Source: an uncultured virus (IMG/VR IMGVR_UViG_3300025287_000001) (Duplodnaviria; Heunggongvirae; Uroviricota; Caudoviricetes). Taken from it: a stretch of 64,000 bases of DNA. The notes under the pieces were generated by a model that was not told where the DNA came from, did not search any database, and saw only the letters and a list, made by a program, of their open reading frames with translations. The stretch lies in IMG/VR virus record IMGVR_UViG_3300025287_000001, one strand, 5' to 3'. Shown here one piece after another: positions 17,163 through 25,613 of this stretch. The number at the start of each line of letters is the position of its first letter. The first letter of the stretch is position 1. Made by a program: the position numbers and the translations under genes.

Positions 17163-17342
17163 TTATCTGAACCCATTGAAGTATATGAGTAACCAGCGGG
17201 CTTCAACTCCAAACAAGATATACTGAATGTCAAAGGTTTCAAGTGCAATATTTCCCCTGGCGCGTTGCATGTTTTCACAATACCACGCCATGCCGTGTAC
17301 TCTTCCATACCTAATCGCCCATAATGTGTTTAGTGTATTCAT
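17163..17342 (-). CDS. Array microprotein, NTxW/RWLLIYF subfamily (59 aa)
   Basis: Hand translation MNTLNTLW...LETF...RWLLIYFNGFR. Confidence 0.7.
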   Translation of the reverse strand: MNTLNTLWAIRYGRVHGMAWYCENMQRARGNIALETFDIQYILFGVEARWLLIYFNGFR

Positions 17343-17521
17343 AATATATGATTGCTAGAGTAACACAGGAGTTGTTTTACGGGGTAGTTCGCAAGCATAT
17401 TAAGCCAGTAAAAGGTGCCTGTCTTTATACCGGGCCTAGCCAACTTCAAGCCCCTCTGGGCAGCGTGAAACGTGGAGATTTCGACTTGATCTCTTGACCA
17501 TAATGTGTTTGCTCTTATCAT
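17339..17521 (-). CDS. Array microprotein, NTxW subfamily
   Basis: MIRANTLW; paralogue of 16776-16958. Confidence 0.7.
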   Translation of the reverse strand: MIRANTLWSRDQVEISTFHAAQRGLKLARPGIKTGTFYWLNMLANYPVKQLLCYSSNHIL

Positions 17522-17695
17522 TTATCTGAATCTATTGAAGTATATGAGTAACCAGCGCAAACCACTATCTGTTAAAGCAAATTGAATTTTGAAGGTTTCG
17601 AGCTTCTCTTTGGAGTAGGACACGACTTCATAGTCTATCATTTGGAAGATGTCCAACTCCCTCCTTGCTGTCCAAGCTGTGTTTACTGTATTCAT
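17522..17695 (-). CDS. Array microprotein, NTxW/RWLLIYF subfamily (57 aa)
   Basis: Hand translation MNTVNTAW...LETF...RWLLIYFNRFR. Confidence 0.7.
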   Translation of the reverse strand: MNTVNTAWTARRELDIFQMIDYEVVSYSKEKLETFKIQFALTDSGLRWLLIYFNRFR

Positions 17696-17872
17696 CTATG
17701 AGTATGCCTCGAAAAACAATATGGTCCACTTTAGTTTATAACTCATCAAGAGAGATAAGTTACTTGAGGCGAGCGAGCGGCGCTTACGTGACGCCCTGTG
17801 ACTATCAGCATCTATTGCCTGTGAGAAAAGACATGAATGATCTTTCGCCCATATCGTATTATTTGTTATCAT
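17696..17872 (-). CDS. Array microprotein, NTxW subfamily (58 aa)
   Basis: Hand translation MITNNTIW...ILFFEAYS. Confidence 0.65.
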   Translation of the reverse strand: MITNNTIWAKDHSCLFSQAIDADSHRASRKRRSLASSNLSLLMSYKLKWTILFFEAYS

Positions 17873-18052
17873 TTATCTGAACCTATTGAAGTATATGAGT
17901 AACCAGCGGACATCTTTTCCTAGAAAGGTCTGAATAATTTCGAAGGTTTCAAGTTCAATAATTTCTTCGCTGTAATGTTGATATCTGTAATTCTCTATCA
18001 TGGAAGAGTGCACTTCTGGTTCTGTTGTCCAAAATATGTTTATTGTATTCAT
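17873..18052 (-). CDS. Array microprotein, NTxW/RWLLIYF subfamily (59 aa)
   Basis: Hand translation MNTINIFW...LETF...RWLLIYFNRFR. Confidence 0.7.
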   Translation of the reverse strand: MNTINIFWTTEPEVHSSMIENYRYQHYSEEIIELETFEIIQTFLGKDVRWLLIYFNRFR

Positions 18053-18231
18053 GTTACGATTCTATCGTAGTAGAGAACGTGCCATAGTACTTCAGGATTG
18101 ACCAAAGCGAAATACTCATTATAAGCTGTTGATTGCAAATTAGCCTTGGCGAATGGCCTGGATGAACTAATAGCTTTGCTTCCCACGACCGACCCCTGGT
18201 CTTTTGACCATATCGTGTTTAGTGTTATCAT
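18049..18231 (-). CDS. Array microprotein, NTxW subfamily
   Basis: MITLNTIW. Confidence 0.65.
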   Translation of the reverse strand: MITLNTIWSKDQGSVVGSKAISSSRPFAKANLQSTAYNEYFALVNPEVLWHVLYYDRIVT

Positions 18232-18256
18232 TTTTATTCCTTGTCTCGCGATGAAA

Positions 18257-18454
18257 CTAGATATACGGCTCGTATACAAAGCACCTTACTAACTGCCATT
18301 CCCCGTTTATTGCCATGAGGGTTTCGAGATTATAGTACGTTGTGTTCATAATCTCGAAGTCAGATAAAAGCAAGCCGTAGCAAGCCTCAAAGCGTATAGT
18401 GTTAAAGTTTTGCGAACAAGCCTGATCTGACCACAGAGTGTTTATTGTTATCAT
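18257..18454 (-). CDS. Array microprotein, NTxW subfamily
   Basis: MITINTLW. Confidence 0.65.
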   Translation of the reverse strand: MITINTLWSDQACSQNFNTIRFEACYGLLLSDFEIMNTTYYNLETLMAINGEWQLVRCFVYEPYI

Positions 18455-18634
18455 TTACGAATGCCTTTCGAGATAAATGAGTGTCCATCTTAAGAGAGGG
18501 CCACTGAGATGATTCATATAATAGAAAACTTTCCAATTTATAGAACCCTTTGAGTAAGGCTTATCGCGGCCCTTCATCACGTATGTAAAAGTGCGATTAT
18601 GACTCATTACCCACATTGTGTTTAGCGTGTTCAT
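18455..18634 (-). CDS. Array microprotein, NTxW subfamily (59 aa)
   Basis: Hand translation MNTLNTMW...LESF...RWTLIYL. Confidence 0.65.
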   Translation of the reverse strand: MNTLNTMWVMSHNRTFTYVMKGRDKPYSKGSINWKVFYYMNHLSGPLLRWTLIYLERHS

Positions 18635-18669
18635 TTATTTCTCTTTATCTACACTCATGAATAGGGTCG

Positions 18670-18879
18670 TCAATGCCACCAGTAGTAGTGCATGATCTGC
18701 ACCGAAAGCCCGTAACCAATCAGATCCCGAAGCGTACTACACACCTTTCTCTCTAGGCGACTGGGGGCTGTCTTAAACATACTATCGGGAAAGATTGCCC
18801 CGCGAAGCCCTACGAACCTCTCTTCTGCGTGTCGCGTGTTTATTATTACTGTGATTATCTCTGCGTTGCTGCTTATCAT
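18670..18879 (-). CDS. Array microprotein, WWH subfamily
   Basis: MISSNAE...LERK...IMHYYWWH. Confidence 0.7.
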   Translation of the reverse strand: MISSNAEIITVIINTRHAEERFVGLRGAIFPDSMFKTAPSRLERKVCSTLRDLIGYGLSVQIMHYYWWH

Positions 18880-19070
18880 ATATTCCTCGCATAAAAGAAT
18901 ACAATATCTACTGTTGCGCTAGAGAATTTGTGCATGTGCAACACTCTCAACAGATAAAATCTATCACCTCTAACGTCTTCCGTGTGGCCGATAACACACA
19001 AGCGATCATAAATCTTGTAAAAGGAATCCAAGTGAGTCCTAGCTGCCCATACTGTGTTCGATGTTATCAT
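18876..19070 (-). CDS. Array microprotein, NTxW subfamily
   Basis: MITSNTVW. Confidence 0.65.
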   Translation of the reverse strand: MITSNTVWAARTHLDSFYKIYDRLCVIGHTEDVRGDRFYLLRVLHMHKFSSATVDIVFFYARNI

Positions 19071-19107
19071 TTACTTCTCTTTGTCTGCATGAATAGAAGC
19101 GAAAGAC

Positions 19108-19323
19108 CTATCGCAATAAGTAAAGCATGATCCAGCAGATTCCATTATCTTCCGTATCGCCAAGATAAGCTTGTCCAGAAGGCAGCATCAAATTACAGAG
19201 GTTATACATAACGCTTCTCCTTCTTCCGCAATGACCAGCCCCAAAGGCAGCTTCTTTTAGTCTGTGGTAATAGAACCTTTCACTGCCTGATGCTAAGGTC
19301 CATATTGTATTCGTTGTATTCAT
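19108..19323 (-). CDS. Array microprotein, NTxW subfamily
   Basis: MNTTNTIW. Confidence 0.65.
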   Translation of the reverse strand: MNTTNTIWTLASGSERFYYHRLKEAAFGAGHCGRRRSVMYNLCNLMLPSGQAYLGDTEDNGICWIMLYLLR

Positions 19324-19333
19324 TGATTTCCTC

Positions 19334-19525
19334 TCAATGCCACCAATAATAAAACATAATATGGGCAGCAATACTACCTCCTGCTAGGCGATGCAGGAAT
19401 CCGTTAGTCTTCCTCTCCAGGCTGATAGGGGCTGAACTAAAGACATATCCCGGGAATGCTTTATAGATTATAGTTTCAGTAGAGAATTTTGAATTATGGA
19501 CTAACTCTGTGTTGCTGCTAATCAT
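19334..19525 (-). CDS. Array microprotein, WWH subfamily
   Basis: MISSNTE...LERK...IMFYYWWH. Confidence 0.7.
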   Translation of the reverse strand: MISSNTELVHNSKFSTETIIYKAFPGYVFSSAPISLERKTNGFLHRLAGGSIAAHIMFYYWWH

Positions 19526-19526
19526 A

Positions 19527-19718
19527 CTAACTCCACCAGTAGTAAAACATAATGCTTGAAGCGTAGTTCTTCCCAAAAAGAAACCTTAACCTCCTCAGGA
19601 CCGTTCTTTCTCTAGAAGGGCAAGCAGCCCTGGGTGCGCGCCCTGAGTAAATTTTGCGAATAACCCCAGGCTGCGTGAAGTTCGAAGATTGAATTATCCA
19701 TACGTTGCTGTTAATCAT
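19527..19718 (-). CDS. Array microprotein, WWH subfamily
   Basis: MINSNVW...IMFYYWWS. Confidence 0.7.
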   Translation of the reverse strand: MINSNVWIIQSSNFTQPGVIRKIYSGRAPRAACPSRERTVLRRLRFLFGKNYASSIMFYYWWS

Positions 19719-19909
19719 CAATGCCACCAGTAAAAGTGCGTAATGGTTCCGGCTAGCTGTAGGCCGGTGAGGTGAATCAACATATCGCAAGTATCCCTGC
19801 ACTCAACAACACTGCTCCTCACTAGCATGTGATCGGGCAAAACCTTAAGCACAATTTGCATTGACGAAAGCTTCCCCTCTTGAATTAACTCTATGTTGCT
19901 ATTAATCAT
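19718..19909 (-). CDS. Array microprotein, WWH subfamily
   Basis: MINSNIE...HFYWWH. Confidence 0.7.
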   Translation of the reverse strand: MINSNIELIQEGKLSSMQIVLKVLPDHMLVRSSVVECRDTCDMLIHLTGLQLAGTITHFYWWH

Positions 19910-20115
19910 ATGCCTTGAAGCCAATAAAAGAGAAATTGATTAGTTATTTTGCCACGCATTATAAACACGACCATTTCAAACTTTTCTGAAGAGAGCGACA
20001 GCAGCGATCTTTCATAGCAAGTACTTATGTCATGCCTTACTACATTTATATGGGCCACCCCATTCAGGGTATATGATTTGCTCAGGAACCCAAAGTTTAC
20101 GTTCGTTGTTATCAT
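19906..20115 (-). CDS. Array microprotein
   Basis: MITTNV...FYWLQGI. Confidence 0.65.
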   Translation of the reverse strand: MITTNVNFGFLSKSYTLNGVAHINVVRHDISTCYERSLLSLSSEKFEMVVFIMRGKITNQFLFYWLQGI

Positions 20116-20312
20116 TAATAGTCTCCAAGCCAGTAGATAGTAATTTGCCTTAAAGAGTAAGGCAGCAATTCTTCTATGACGATATTGACCTTAGGATTTC
20201 TCCATGCGAATATATTCCCATCAAAAGTACCAGTAAGTAGTTGTCGCCTTACCCAGACCATGCCCTTGAATCCGCTTACTAACTCTGAGCCTGTTGTGTT
20301 TAAAGATATCAA
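20115..20312 (-). CDS. Array microprotein
   Basis: MISLNT...IYWLGDY (TTG start). Confidence 0.6.
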   Translation of the reverse strand: MISLNTTGSELVSGFKGMVWVRRQLLTGTFDGNIFAWRNPKVNIVIEELLPYSLRQITIYWLGDY

Positions 20313-20321
20313 TGTCTTCCC

Positions 20322-20513
20322 TTATATGTTCTCTCTAAAGTAAATGATCTGATCGAACAGCCCAGAGGGCATTATACTTTCCAAATACCGAAACTTAAAG
20401 TCCAGTGCCGCATCCTCACAATTTAAGTGAAGCGAATACCTAGGTACTGCGTAATGAGGCTCGAAAGCACTATTAACGCACATTACGATTGCGTATGTGT
20501 TGGCTCTTGCCAT
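20322..20513 (-). CDS. Array microprotein
   Basis: MARANT...IIYFRENI. Confidence 0.6.
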   Translation of the reverse strand: MARANTYAIVMCVNSAFEPHYAVPRYSLHLNCEDAALDFKFRYLESIMPSGLFDQIIYFRENI

Positions 20514-20740
20514 TAGTGCCACCAATAGTAGTATTGAAGGATTTCGGCTAGTGTAAAGCCGCACAAAGTACTCATTAAGTGCTTTCTCTGACTGTGGGTG
20601 TCATAATTCCCTATCGTTTCGCAACAAGCAGTAGTGTTGAAGAAGGGATAGTTAAAAGGAAGGCTATTATTATCATAACTGATGAAAATAGGATTCAATA
20701 TCTTCGCCCCTAATACTATTCCGCCATTAGAGTTAATCAT
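20513..20740 (-). CDS. Array microprotein, SNGG/WWH subfamily
   Basis: MINSNGG...LQYYYWWH. Confidence 0.7.
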   Translation of the reverse strand: MINSNGGIVLGAKILNPIFISYDNNSLPFNYPFFNTTACCETIGNYDTHSQRKHLMSTLCGFTLAEILQYYYWWH

Positions 20741-20922
20741 CACACCCACCATCTATAGTATTGGAGCAATCCAAACAAGGCCCATGTCTCTAACTTCCCA
20801 AGAGTATCGTGTGAGTCTTTTTCATATTCTTCTACCGAAACTGCCAAGACACTTAGGGGAAGCTCCATGCCGTAAATGGAAAATCTTTTTAAAACTACAA
20901 GCGACACGTTTGAGTTAATCAC
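20740..20922 (-). CDS. Array microprotein
   Basis: MINSNV...LQYYRWWV (GTG start). Confidence 0.65.
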   Translation of the reverse strand: MINSNVSLVVLKRFSIYGMELPLSVLAVSVEEYEKDSHDTLGKLETWALFGLLQYYRWWV

Positions 20923-21116
20923 TATAACACCTCATACCAGTAAAAGAAGGCATCTGCCACCCCTATCATTATATTGTCTGCGAGGATGTAAAACCTATTT
21001 GTTGAGTATGACGCCCCTATCGCCATAACTCTGGTGTATGAATTTCTAACCCTAACATTCTCAAAAATATTAGGCTGGAGTATTTCTTCTTCGAAGAGTG
21101 TGTTCGACATTATCAT
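20922..21116 (-). CDS. Array microprotein, NTxFELE subfamily
   Basis: MIMSNTLFEEEI...FFYWYEVL. Confidence 0.65.
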   Translation of the reverse strand: MIMSNTLFEEEILQPNIFENVRVRNSYTRVMAIGASYSTNRFYILADNIMIGVADAFFYWYEVL

Positions 21117-21352
21117 TAGTGCCACCAGTAATAGTGCTGGAGTATTGTTGTCACTTTGCGTCCTTGAATATTGTTTAAGGTATCTTTTCTCGCGGAGCGT
21201 GTTGAGATACCTTTTCTCGTAGCAGCCCTGTGGAAAGGGGGGTTATTTACGATACCTGGGACCGCCAGGAGATCGGTCACGAATATGTACTTTTCACGCC
21301 ATGCGTGGCCATATACATGCGTGGTCAATATGCCGCCATTAGAACTAATCAT
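21116..21352 (-). CDS. Array microprotein, SNGG/WWH subfamily
   Basis: MISSNGG...LQHYYWWH. Confidence 0.7.
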   Translation of the reverse strand: MISSNGGILTTHVYGHAWREKYIFVTDLLAVPGIVNNPPFHRAATRKGISTRSARKDTLNNIQGRKVTTILQHYYWWH

Positions 21353-21369
21353 TTATTATCCTTTTCTCT

Positions 21370-21588
21370 TCAAATAAAGAAAGATATGTCGTAACGCAGC
21401 AACCATGCAAGGGCCTCTTCCTCCAGGGTCTCGGGGCATAACTCTGATCTGCAAAGCTCGTATGGTGCTGAGATGCGAATACCAAGGCGAAGGTGCCAGA
21501 TAGAATGGATAATTTGCTCACTCGAAAACTCAGAAACCCCGTGATCAGACCACTCTAGCGTATAAAACTCGATATTCGTAGTAATCAT
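21370..21588 (-). CDS. Array microprotein
   Basis: MITTNI start, GAGG RBS. Confidence 0.6.
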   Translation of the reverse strand: MITTNIEFYTLEWSDHGVSEFSSEQIIHSIWHLRLGIRISAPYELCRSELCPETLEEEALAWLLRYDISFFI

Positions 21589-21601
21589 TACCTGTCCTCT
21601 C

Positions 21602-21865
21602 TTAGTGCCACCAATGGTAAAACTGAATAACAAGGACACTTTCTTGCGACATTCCCCCCATCAGCCTTTCAGTTATATTGTACTTCTCTCTAACCATATA
21701 TCGGTACTCAAACCATCTAGGCTTCTCCACCCCTGTGATAAGCTCGGATTCCCATTTCTTATCTAGCACCCCTTTCTTAACGCATTCGAAGAGGGTTATC
21801 TTTATTTCACTACTGCATGTCTTCATGCCGTAAGACAGGAACGCTAAACTATTACTGGTGATCAT
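21602..21865 (-). CDS. Array microprotein, WWH subfamily
   Basis: MITSNS...QFYHWWH. Confidence 0.7.
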   Translation of the reverse strand: MITSNSLAFLSYGMKTCSSEIKITLFECVKKGVLDKKWESELITGVEKPRWFEYRYMVREKYNITERLMGGMSQESVLVIQFYHWWH

Positions 21866-21869
21866 TGTC

Positions 21870-22070
21870 TTACCCATAAAATTGAGAAGAATGGTAGATC
21901 AAAACATGACTGGAGAGGCCTCTGTGCAGCACCCTCAAGAAGAAAGAACAATCTCTCTTGGGCTCGTTGTCGTCTCGCATCAAGGCCCTGAGGTTGGATT
22001 CTGTATAGAGGCGAAGGCACCTATTAGGCTTTACGATGATGCTAGAAAAGTAGGTGTTGCAAGTAATCAT
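21870..22070 (-). CDS. Array microprotein
   Basis: MITCNT start, TGATG overlap. Confidence 0.65.
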   Translation of the reverse strand: MITCNTYFSSIIVKPNRCLRLYTESNLRALMRDDNEPKRDCSFFLRVLHRGLSSHVLIYHSSQFYG

Positions 22071-22258
22071 CAATGCCACCAATAGTAAAACTGGAGGATG
22101 TCGGCCATCTGGTAGGACATAACGATGCAGAGATCCTCTTTTCGTGTTCCGCGATGATAACCACTCCTGACTATTGTTTTTCGGAACAGTCTATCCATGC
22201 CTCTATAGACTTCGCCCTTGTCGAATACGATATCTATGCCACCATTAGAACTAATCAT
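22070..22258 (-). CDS. Array microprotein, SNGG/WWH subfamily
   Basis: MISSNGG...LQFYYWWH. Confidence 0.7.
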   Translation of the reverse strand: MISSNGGIDIVFDKGEVYRGMDRLFRKTIVRSGYHRGTRKEDLCIVMSYQMADILQFYYWWH

Positions 22259-22505
22259 CCCGAGGTCCTTCTGTCTTTGGGTTCGTAGAAGATATCAGAT
22301 AGGGCGGGGTTGATTCTTTTGGTGGACATAGCCACCTATAATAATCATCATCTCCATTGGAGAACATTTTGTCCCTCAAGTTGATGTAGTCCTCATCGGC
22401 ATCATCTCCTTCTGGTATTCTTTTATAATTCCCTGTCTTGATCCAAAAGTCTGCCTCCTTGTCGTTCATCATGACTGTAAGGCCGTTTACATCGTGACAC
22501 AGCAT
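22251..22505 (-). CDS. Hypothetical acidic protein with its own promoter
   Basis: 84 aa, AAGGA RBS, not an array-family member. Confidence 0.7.
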   Translation of the reverse strand: MLCHDVNGLTVMMNDKEADFWIKTGNYKRIPEGDDADEDYINLRDKMFSNGDDDYYRWLCPPKESTPPYLISSTNPKTEGPRDD

Positions 22506-22555
22506 TTGTTATCCTTTCTTGTGGTATTGCTAACGAGCGCACTGACTCAGGAATA

Positions 22556-22583
22556 AATCTAGGCGCGCACTGAGAAGAGTCAA
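22556..22583 (-). promoter_or_regulatory. Sigma70-like promoter (same consensus as early promoters)
   Basis: TTGACT-N16-TAGATT. Confidence 0.65.
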
Positions 22584-22587
22584 GGCC

Positions 22588-22845
22588 TCAGAATGGCCTC
22601 GGAGCTTGAAAGTTGTCAAAGGGGAGGATGCCGGGGCGTAGGAATATCCTGTACGGTGTCAGGCGCGCGAAATTGCGCCGTCTTGACATGCCCAAGCGAG
22701 ACAAGACGTATGTCATATTTCCACTGACGAACACATTCTTCCCCAGAGTTATAGTAACATAAGGAACAGTATCTCCAAACCCGGACGGCATAATCCTTCC
22801 CTCGTGTGGCTGGTAAACGTAGTATTTCTTTAAGACGACAATCAT
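22588..22845 (-). CDS. Small hypothetical protein within array
   Basis: MIVVLKK start, TAATG overlap. Confidence 0.55.
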   Translation of the reverse strand: MIVVLKKYYVYQPHEGRIMPSGFGDTVPYVTITLGKNVFVSGNMTYVLSRLGMSRRRNFARLTPYRIFLRPGILPFDNFQAPRPF

Positions 22846-23045
22846 TACTGACTCCATATCTTCGGTTGCATAGTGGAATACAAGGCAAGGTGAAATAAGT
22901 GATAGCGAAAGAGCCTCTTCTTGATATCCAGACTTGCCCTCCATAGCAGCCAAACCCTTTTATTGAAGGTGCTAATATGATATCTTTGCTCGTGACTCAA
23001 GGTGTGGTTAGAGAATTGAAATGGGTGTGTATTTGTTGTGTTCAT
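22845..23045 (-). CDS. Array microprotein
   Basis: MNTTNT...PKIWSQ. Confidence 0.6.
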   Translation of the reverse strand: MNTTNTHPFQFSNHTLSHEQRYHISTFNKRVWLLWRASLDIKKRLFRYHLFHLALYSTMQPKIWSQ

Positions 23046-23236
23046 TACATCCCCCACACTCTAGGAGTCATTAAGTAATATACCTGCGCCTTTACCCAAC
23101 TACGAGGGCGCATTCTCGCGACTCTGGTCGAGTAGTGAAGATCCACCCATACCATATCAACGTAGTACTGATAAAGCCTGTGGCTCTCTTTATAAAGATA
23201 TCTGGGCTCGAAGCAGGAACAGCTTGTAGTTATCAT
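23045..23236 (-). CDS. Array microprotein
   Basis: MITTSC...YLMTPRVWGM. Confidence 0.6.
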   Translation of the reverse strand: MITTSCSCFEPRYLYKESHRLYQYYVDMVWVDLHYSTRVARMRPRSWVKAQVYYLMTPRVWGM

Positions 23237-23613
23237 CGTATGCCCTTTTTCCAGGTAATGCTTCTCTGGGAAGTCTCTATGTCATGCGGCCTTTGGCCAA
23301 GCTTGCCGTATTTCCTCTGACCTATTGTTGTTCTTTCTTCTGTAAATTCCGGGTTTGCTAACATCATCCTTGTGAAGTGGGAGTGAGCAAAGGCATACTC
23401 GAGAAAGCCAATAAGTTCTCTTCTCTCGGGCAAGAATGAGGAAACAAAAGGATGCGAGTAGATTTCATTTTTGGCAACCATAAAGTCTAATAGGTACGAA
23501 CACTTGACTCCTTGACTATTAGGGATAACTCCATGACTGCCTTTGACCGAAAAATCTTCATTGTATGTCTTTCTTCCGTAACTTCGTGTCACATGCTTTA
23601 TTACTTTTATCAT
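23233..23613 (-). CDS. Hypothetical protein within array (MIKVIKH)
   Basis: 126 aa, ATGA overlap; start resembles 24386-24721. Confidence 0.55.
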   Translation of the reverse strand: MIKVIKHVTRSYGRKTYNEDFSVKGSHGVIPNSQGVKCSYLLDFMVAKNEIYSHPFVSSFLPERRELIGFLEYAFAHSHFTRMMLANPEFTEERTTIGQRKYGKLGQRPHDIETSQRSITWKKGIR

Positions 23614-23719
23614 ATCTGTTCCTGTTGTTCGCCCTGAGGCATTCTGAGGCCCTTGAATGCGACCTGCGGCTTGGTGGTCGCATTTGAGTCTCGAATGCCT
23701 CAGAGAGCCCTGTGTTGAC

Positions 23720-23938
23720 TCACGGCCACAAGACATAGTAAGTCAAAATATCATCTAATCGTCTCGCAGTAGTATAACAGGGAGGGAATCCTATAACCTT
23801 TTTATTGGTGGAGGACTTTCTTCTGCCGATATCTTCATCGCAGTAGTCCCACTCTTCACTCATCAAAAAATGAATACTCTTGACCCTTAATATTTTATCA
23901 AATCTCTCTACGCAGAACCTGTTGTTTAGAGATATCAT
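23720..23938 (-). CDS. Array microprotein
   Basis: MISLNNR...YYVLWP. Confidence 0.65.
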   Translation of the reverse strand: MISLNNRFCVERFDKILRVKSIHFLMSEEWDYCDEDIGRRKSSTNKKVIGFPPCYTTARRLDDILTYYVLWP

Positions 23939-24168
23939 TAGTACCACCAATAATAACGGTTGATAAGGGCCACAAACTTACTGCAAGATATATGAGGAAT
24001 TATCGACCTACCCCTCTTTTCCAGGCGACTCCTCTCTGAATATGATAATGTCCTCAGGGTAAAGCGAAATATATCTCTAGTTGTTACTTTATCCTCGCTA
24101 ATACAATAGAGTCCAGTCCTTTTGTGGTAGTGGCTTTGCACAAGAATATCATTATTCATCGTGATCAT
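23938..24168 (-). CDS. Array microprotein
   Basis: MITMNN...RYYWWY. Confidence 0.65.
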   Translation of the reverse strand: MITMNNDILVQSHYHKRTGLYCISEDKVTTRDIFRFTLRTLSYSERSRLEKRGRSIIPHISCSKFVALINRYYWWY

Positions 24169-24381
24169 CTATAGCCCCCATATTCTAGGGATCATGAGGA
24201 CATAAATATCTCCTTCGAAGTAATGGCATGTATTAGCCCTGCTCGGGCCGTGCGAAAATATGATGGGAGAAACTTTTACGCTATCAAATATCCTACTTGT
24301 GTAAAGTTCAAGCAGAGAAACAGAATCAGAATCCATGCTGGTTCTTGAGTTATCGAGAAACCCACAATTTGTTTTTATCAT
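24169..24381 (-). CDS. Array microprotein
   Basis: MIKTNC...VLMIPRIWGL. Confidence 0.65.
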   Translation of the reverse strand: MIKTNCGFLDNSRTSMDSDSVSLLELYTSRIFDSVKVSPIIFSHGPSRANTCHYFEGDIYVLMIPRIWGL

Positions 24382-24385
24382 CTTT

Positions 24386-24721
24386 TTACACCCATATCAA
24401 AGGCCCGTGATACGTGCCACCAGATCTTGAAAAAGAACCACTTAGTTGTGATAGTATGTAATGCTCGTTACTTCTAGATATTTCGCAATTGTCTTTTAAA
24501 ATCAGATGCTTAGGCCTTATTACCTTCTTCATAAAGCCCACCCTCAGGAACTCCTCAACATAGCCTTCACAATTAGGGATTGCCAAGAAGGCAACAGGAA
24601 AATTAACGGCATATCCCAAGCCGGGAACAAGGTCTGTTATAATGATACGCTCTGCTTGCCTATTGAATCTTCGTGTCGTTGTATTTATAAACTGGACTCT
24701 TCCCTTTAATACTTTTATCAT
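24386..24721 (-). CDS. Hypothetical protein within array (MIKVLKG)
   Basis: 111 aa, ATGA overlap. Confidence 0.55.
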   Translation of the reverse strand: MIKVLKGRVQFINTTTRRFNRQAERIIITDLVPGLGYAVNFPVAFLAIPNCEGYVEEFLRVGFMKKVIRPKHLILKDNCEISRSNEHYILSQLSGSFSRSGGTYHGPLIWV

Positions 24722-24945
24722 TTTGCAAGCCATAGATAGTCAATACTGGCGAGGTTGGCGATTTTATTCCATCGGGGCCAGCAGCTAAGATGCGCATCTG
24801 ACAGGAAAAAGTAACTAGAAGAGCCTTTCACGCTTTCTCGATACTCTAGCATGAAGAGAACATAGAGCCTCTCTCCCTGCATAACTTCAAAGCCAGTCCT
24901 GCTAGAATCGCTTACCATAAGTTCACTCCTTAATAGTTTAATCAT
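24718..24945 (-). CDS. Array microprotein
   Basis: MIKLLRS...YLWLAK. Confidence 0.55.
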   Translation of the reverse strand: MIKLLRSELMVSDSSRTGFEVMQGERLYVLFMLEYRESVKGSSSYFFLSDAHLSCWPRWNKIANLASIDYLWLAK

Positions 24946-24956
24946 ATATTATGTCC

Positions 24957-25187
24957 TTATATCCATAAGTTAAACATCTGGATAAGGTCGTAGATCCCAA
25001 AGTCTACGTAGCGCATTTCTAGTACTGCCACAATTCGTCGCTTAAAGCTTCCCTTATGATTATCCTTGGCATATATTAGCACTTCTCCATCTGATACCAT
25101 AAATTGATTAAGGAAGCAGGGCTCTTTATCATCACCCAAGTCTTCAAGATAGATCCGGTATGCAAGTCTGTTGTTAAGGCTTATCAT
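24957..25187 (-). CDS. Array microprotein
   Basis: MISLNNR...FNLWI. Confidence 0.65.
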   Translation of the reverse strand: MISLNNRLAYRIYLEDLGDDKEPCFLNQFMVSDGEVLIYAKDNHKGSFKRRIVAVLEMRYVDFGIYDLIQMFNLWI

Positions 25188-25375
25188 GGCCAACCTAACT
25201 CTTGATTACCGAGCAAGAAGAAGTAATCGGCACAACCAGAGTGATTGTGTATTGACATCTCTTTTACAAAGCAATGCAGTAAGTAAAACCTTTCTCTTTT
25301 GTAAGTAATTTGCTTGTACCCTTTACAAACTTCAAGGCTCTCGGGAGAGAATCCATAATTGTTAAGCGTTATCAT
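25184..25375 (-). CDS. Array microprotein
   Basis: MITLNN start, GGAGG RBS. Confidence 0.65.
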   Translation of the reverse strand: MITLNNYGFSPESLEVCKGYKQITYKRERFYLLHCFVKEMSIHNHSGCADYFFLLGNQELGWP

Positions 25376-25376
25376 G

Positions 25377-25613
25377 CTAGCCTCCCATGAAGGACTTTTC
25401 CTTGATTAAGACTGGGAATACTCTGGAGCCCAAGAAAGTGTAATAGCTTGCGATCTTATAGTATCGTCGCAATGTGTCTTTTGGGACATAGAGCCTCGTG
25501 CCCACTGTAGGATAGTCGCATCTTTTAACGATCCTGCTTTTGATCAGATCCCTAATAGTCCAGATATGTTCCGAAGAGTCATACGTAAACAAGCAACTTG
25601 AGCCGTGAATCAT
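25377..25613 (-). CDS. Array microprotein
   Basis: MIHGSS start, ATGA overlap. Confidence 0.55.
   Translation of the reverse strand: MIHGSSCLFTYDSSEHIWTIRDLIKSRIVKRCDYPTVGTRLYVPKDTLRRYYKIASYYTFLGSRVFPVLIKEKSFMGG

Noticed and set aside
17156..17908. 43-bp repeats as CRISPR repeats or a diversity-generating retroelement
   Set aside because: Intervals are about 310 bp of coding sequence; no reverse transcriptase or template/variable pair is visible, and the few differences are too few to show adenine bias
12854..22258. Array peptides as RiPP precursors
   Set aside because: No modifying enzymes, leader cleavage motif or transporter recognisable in the window; not excluded for the rest of the genome
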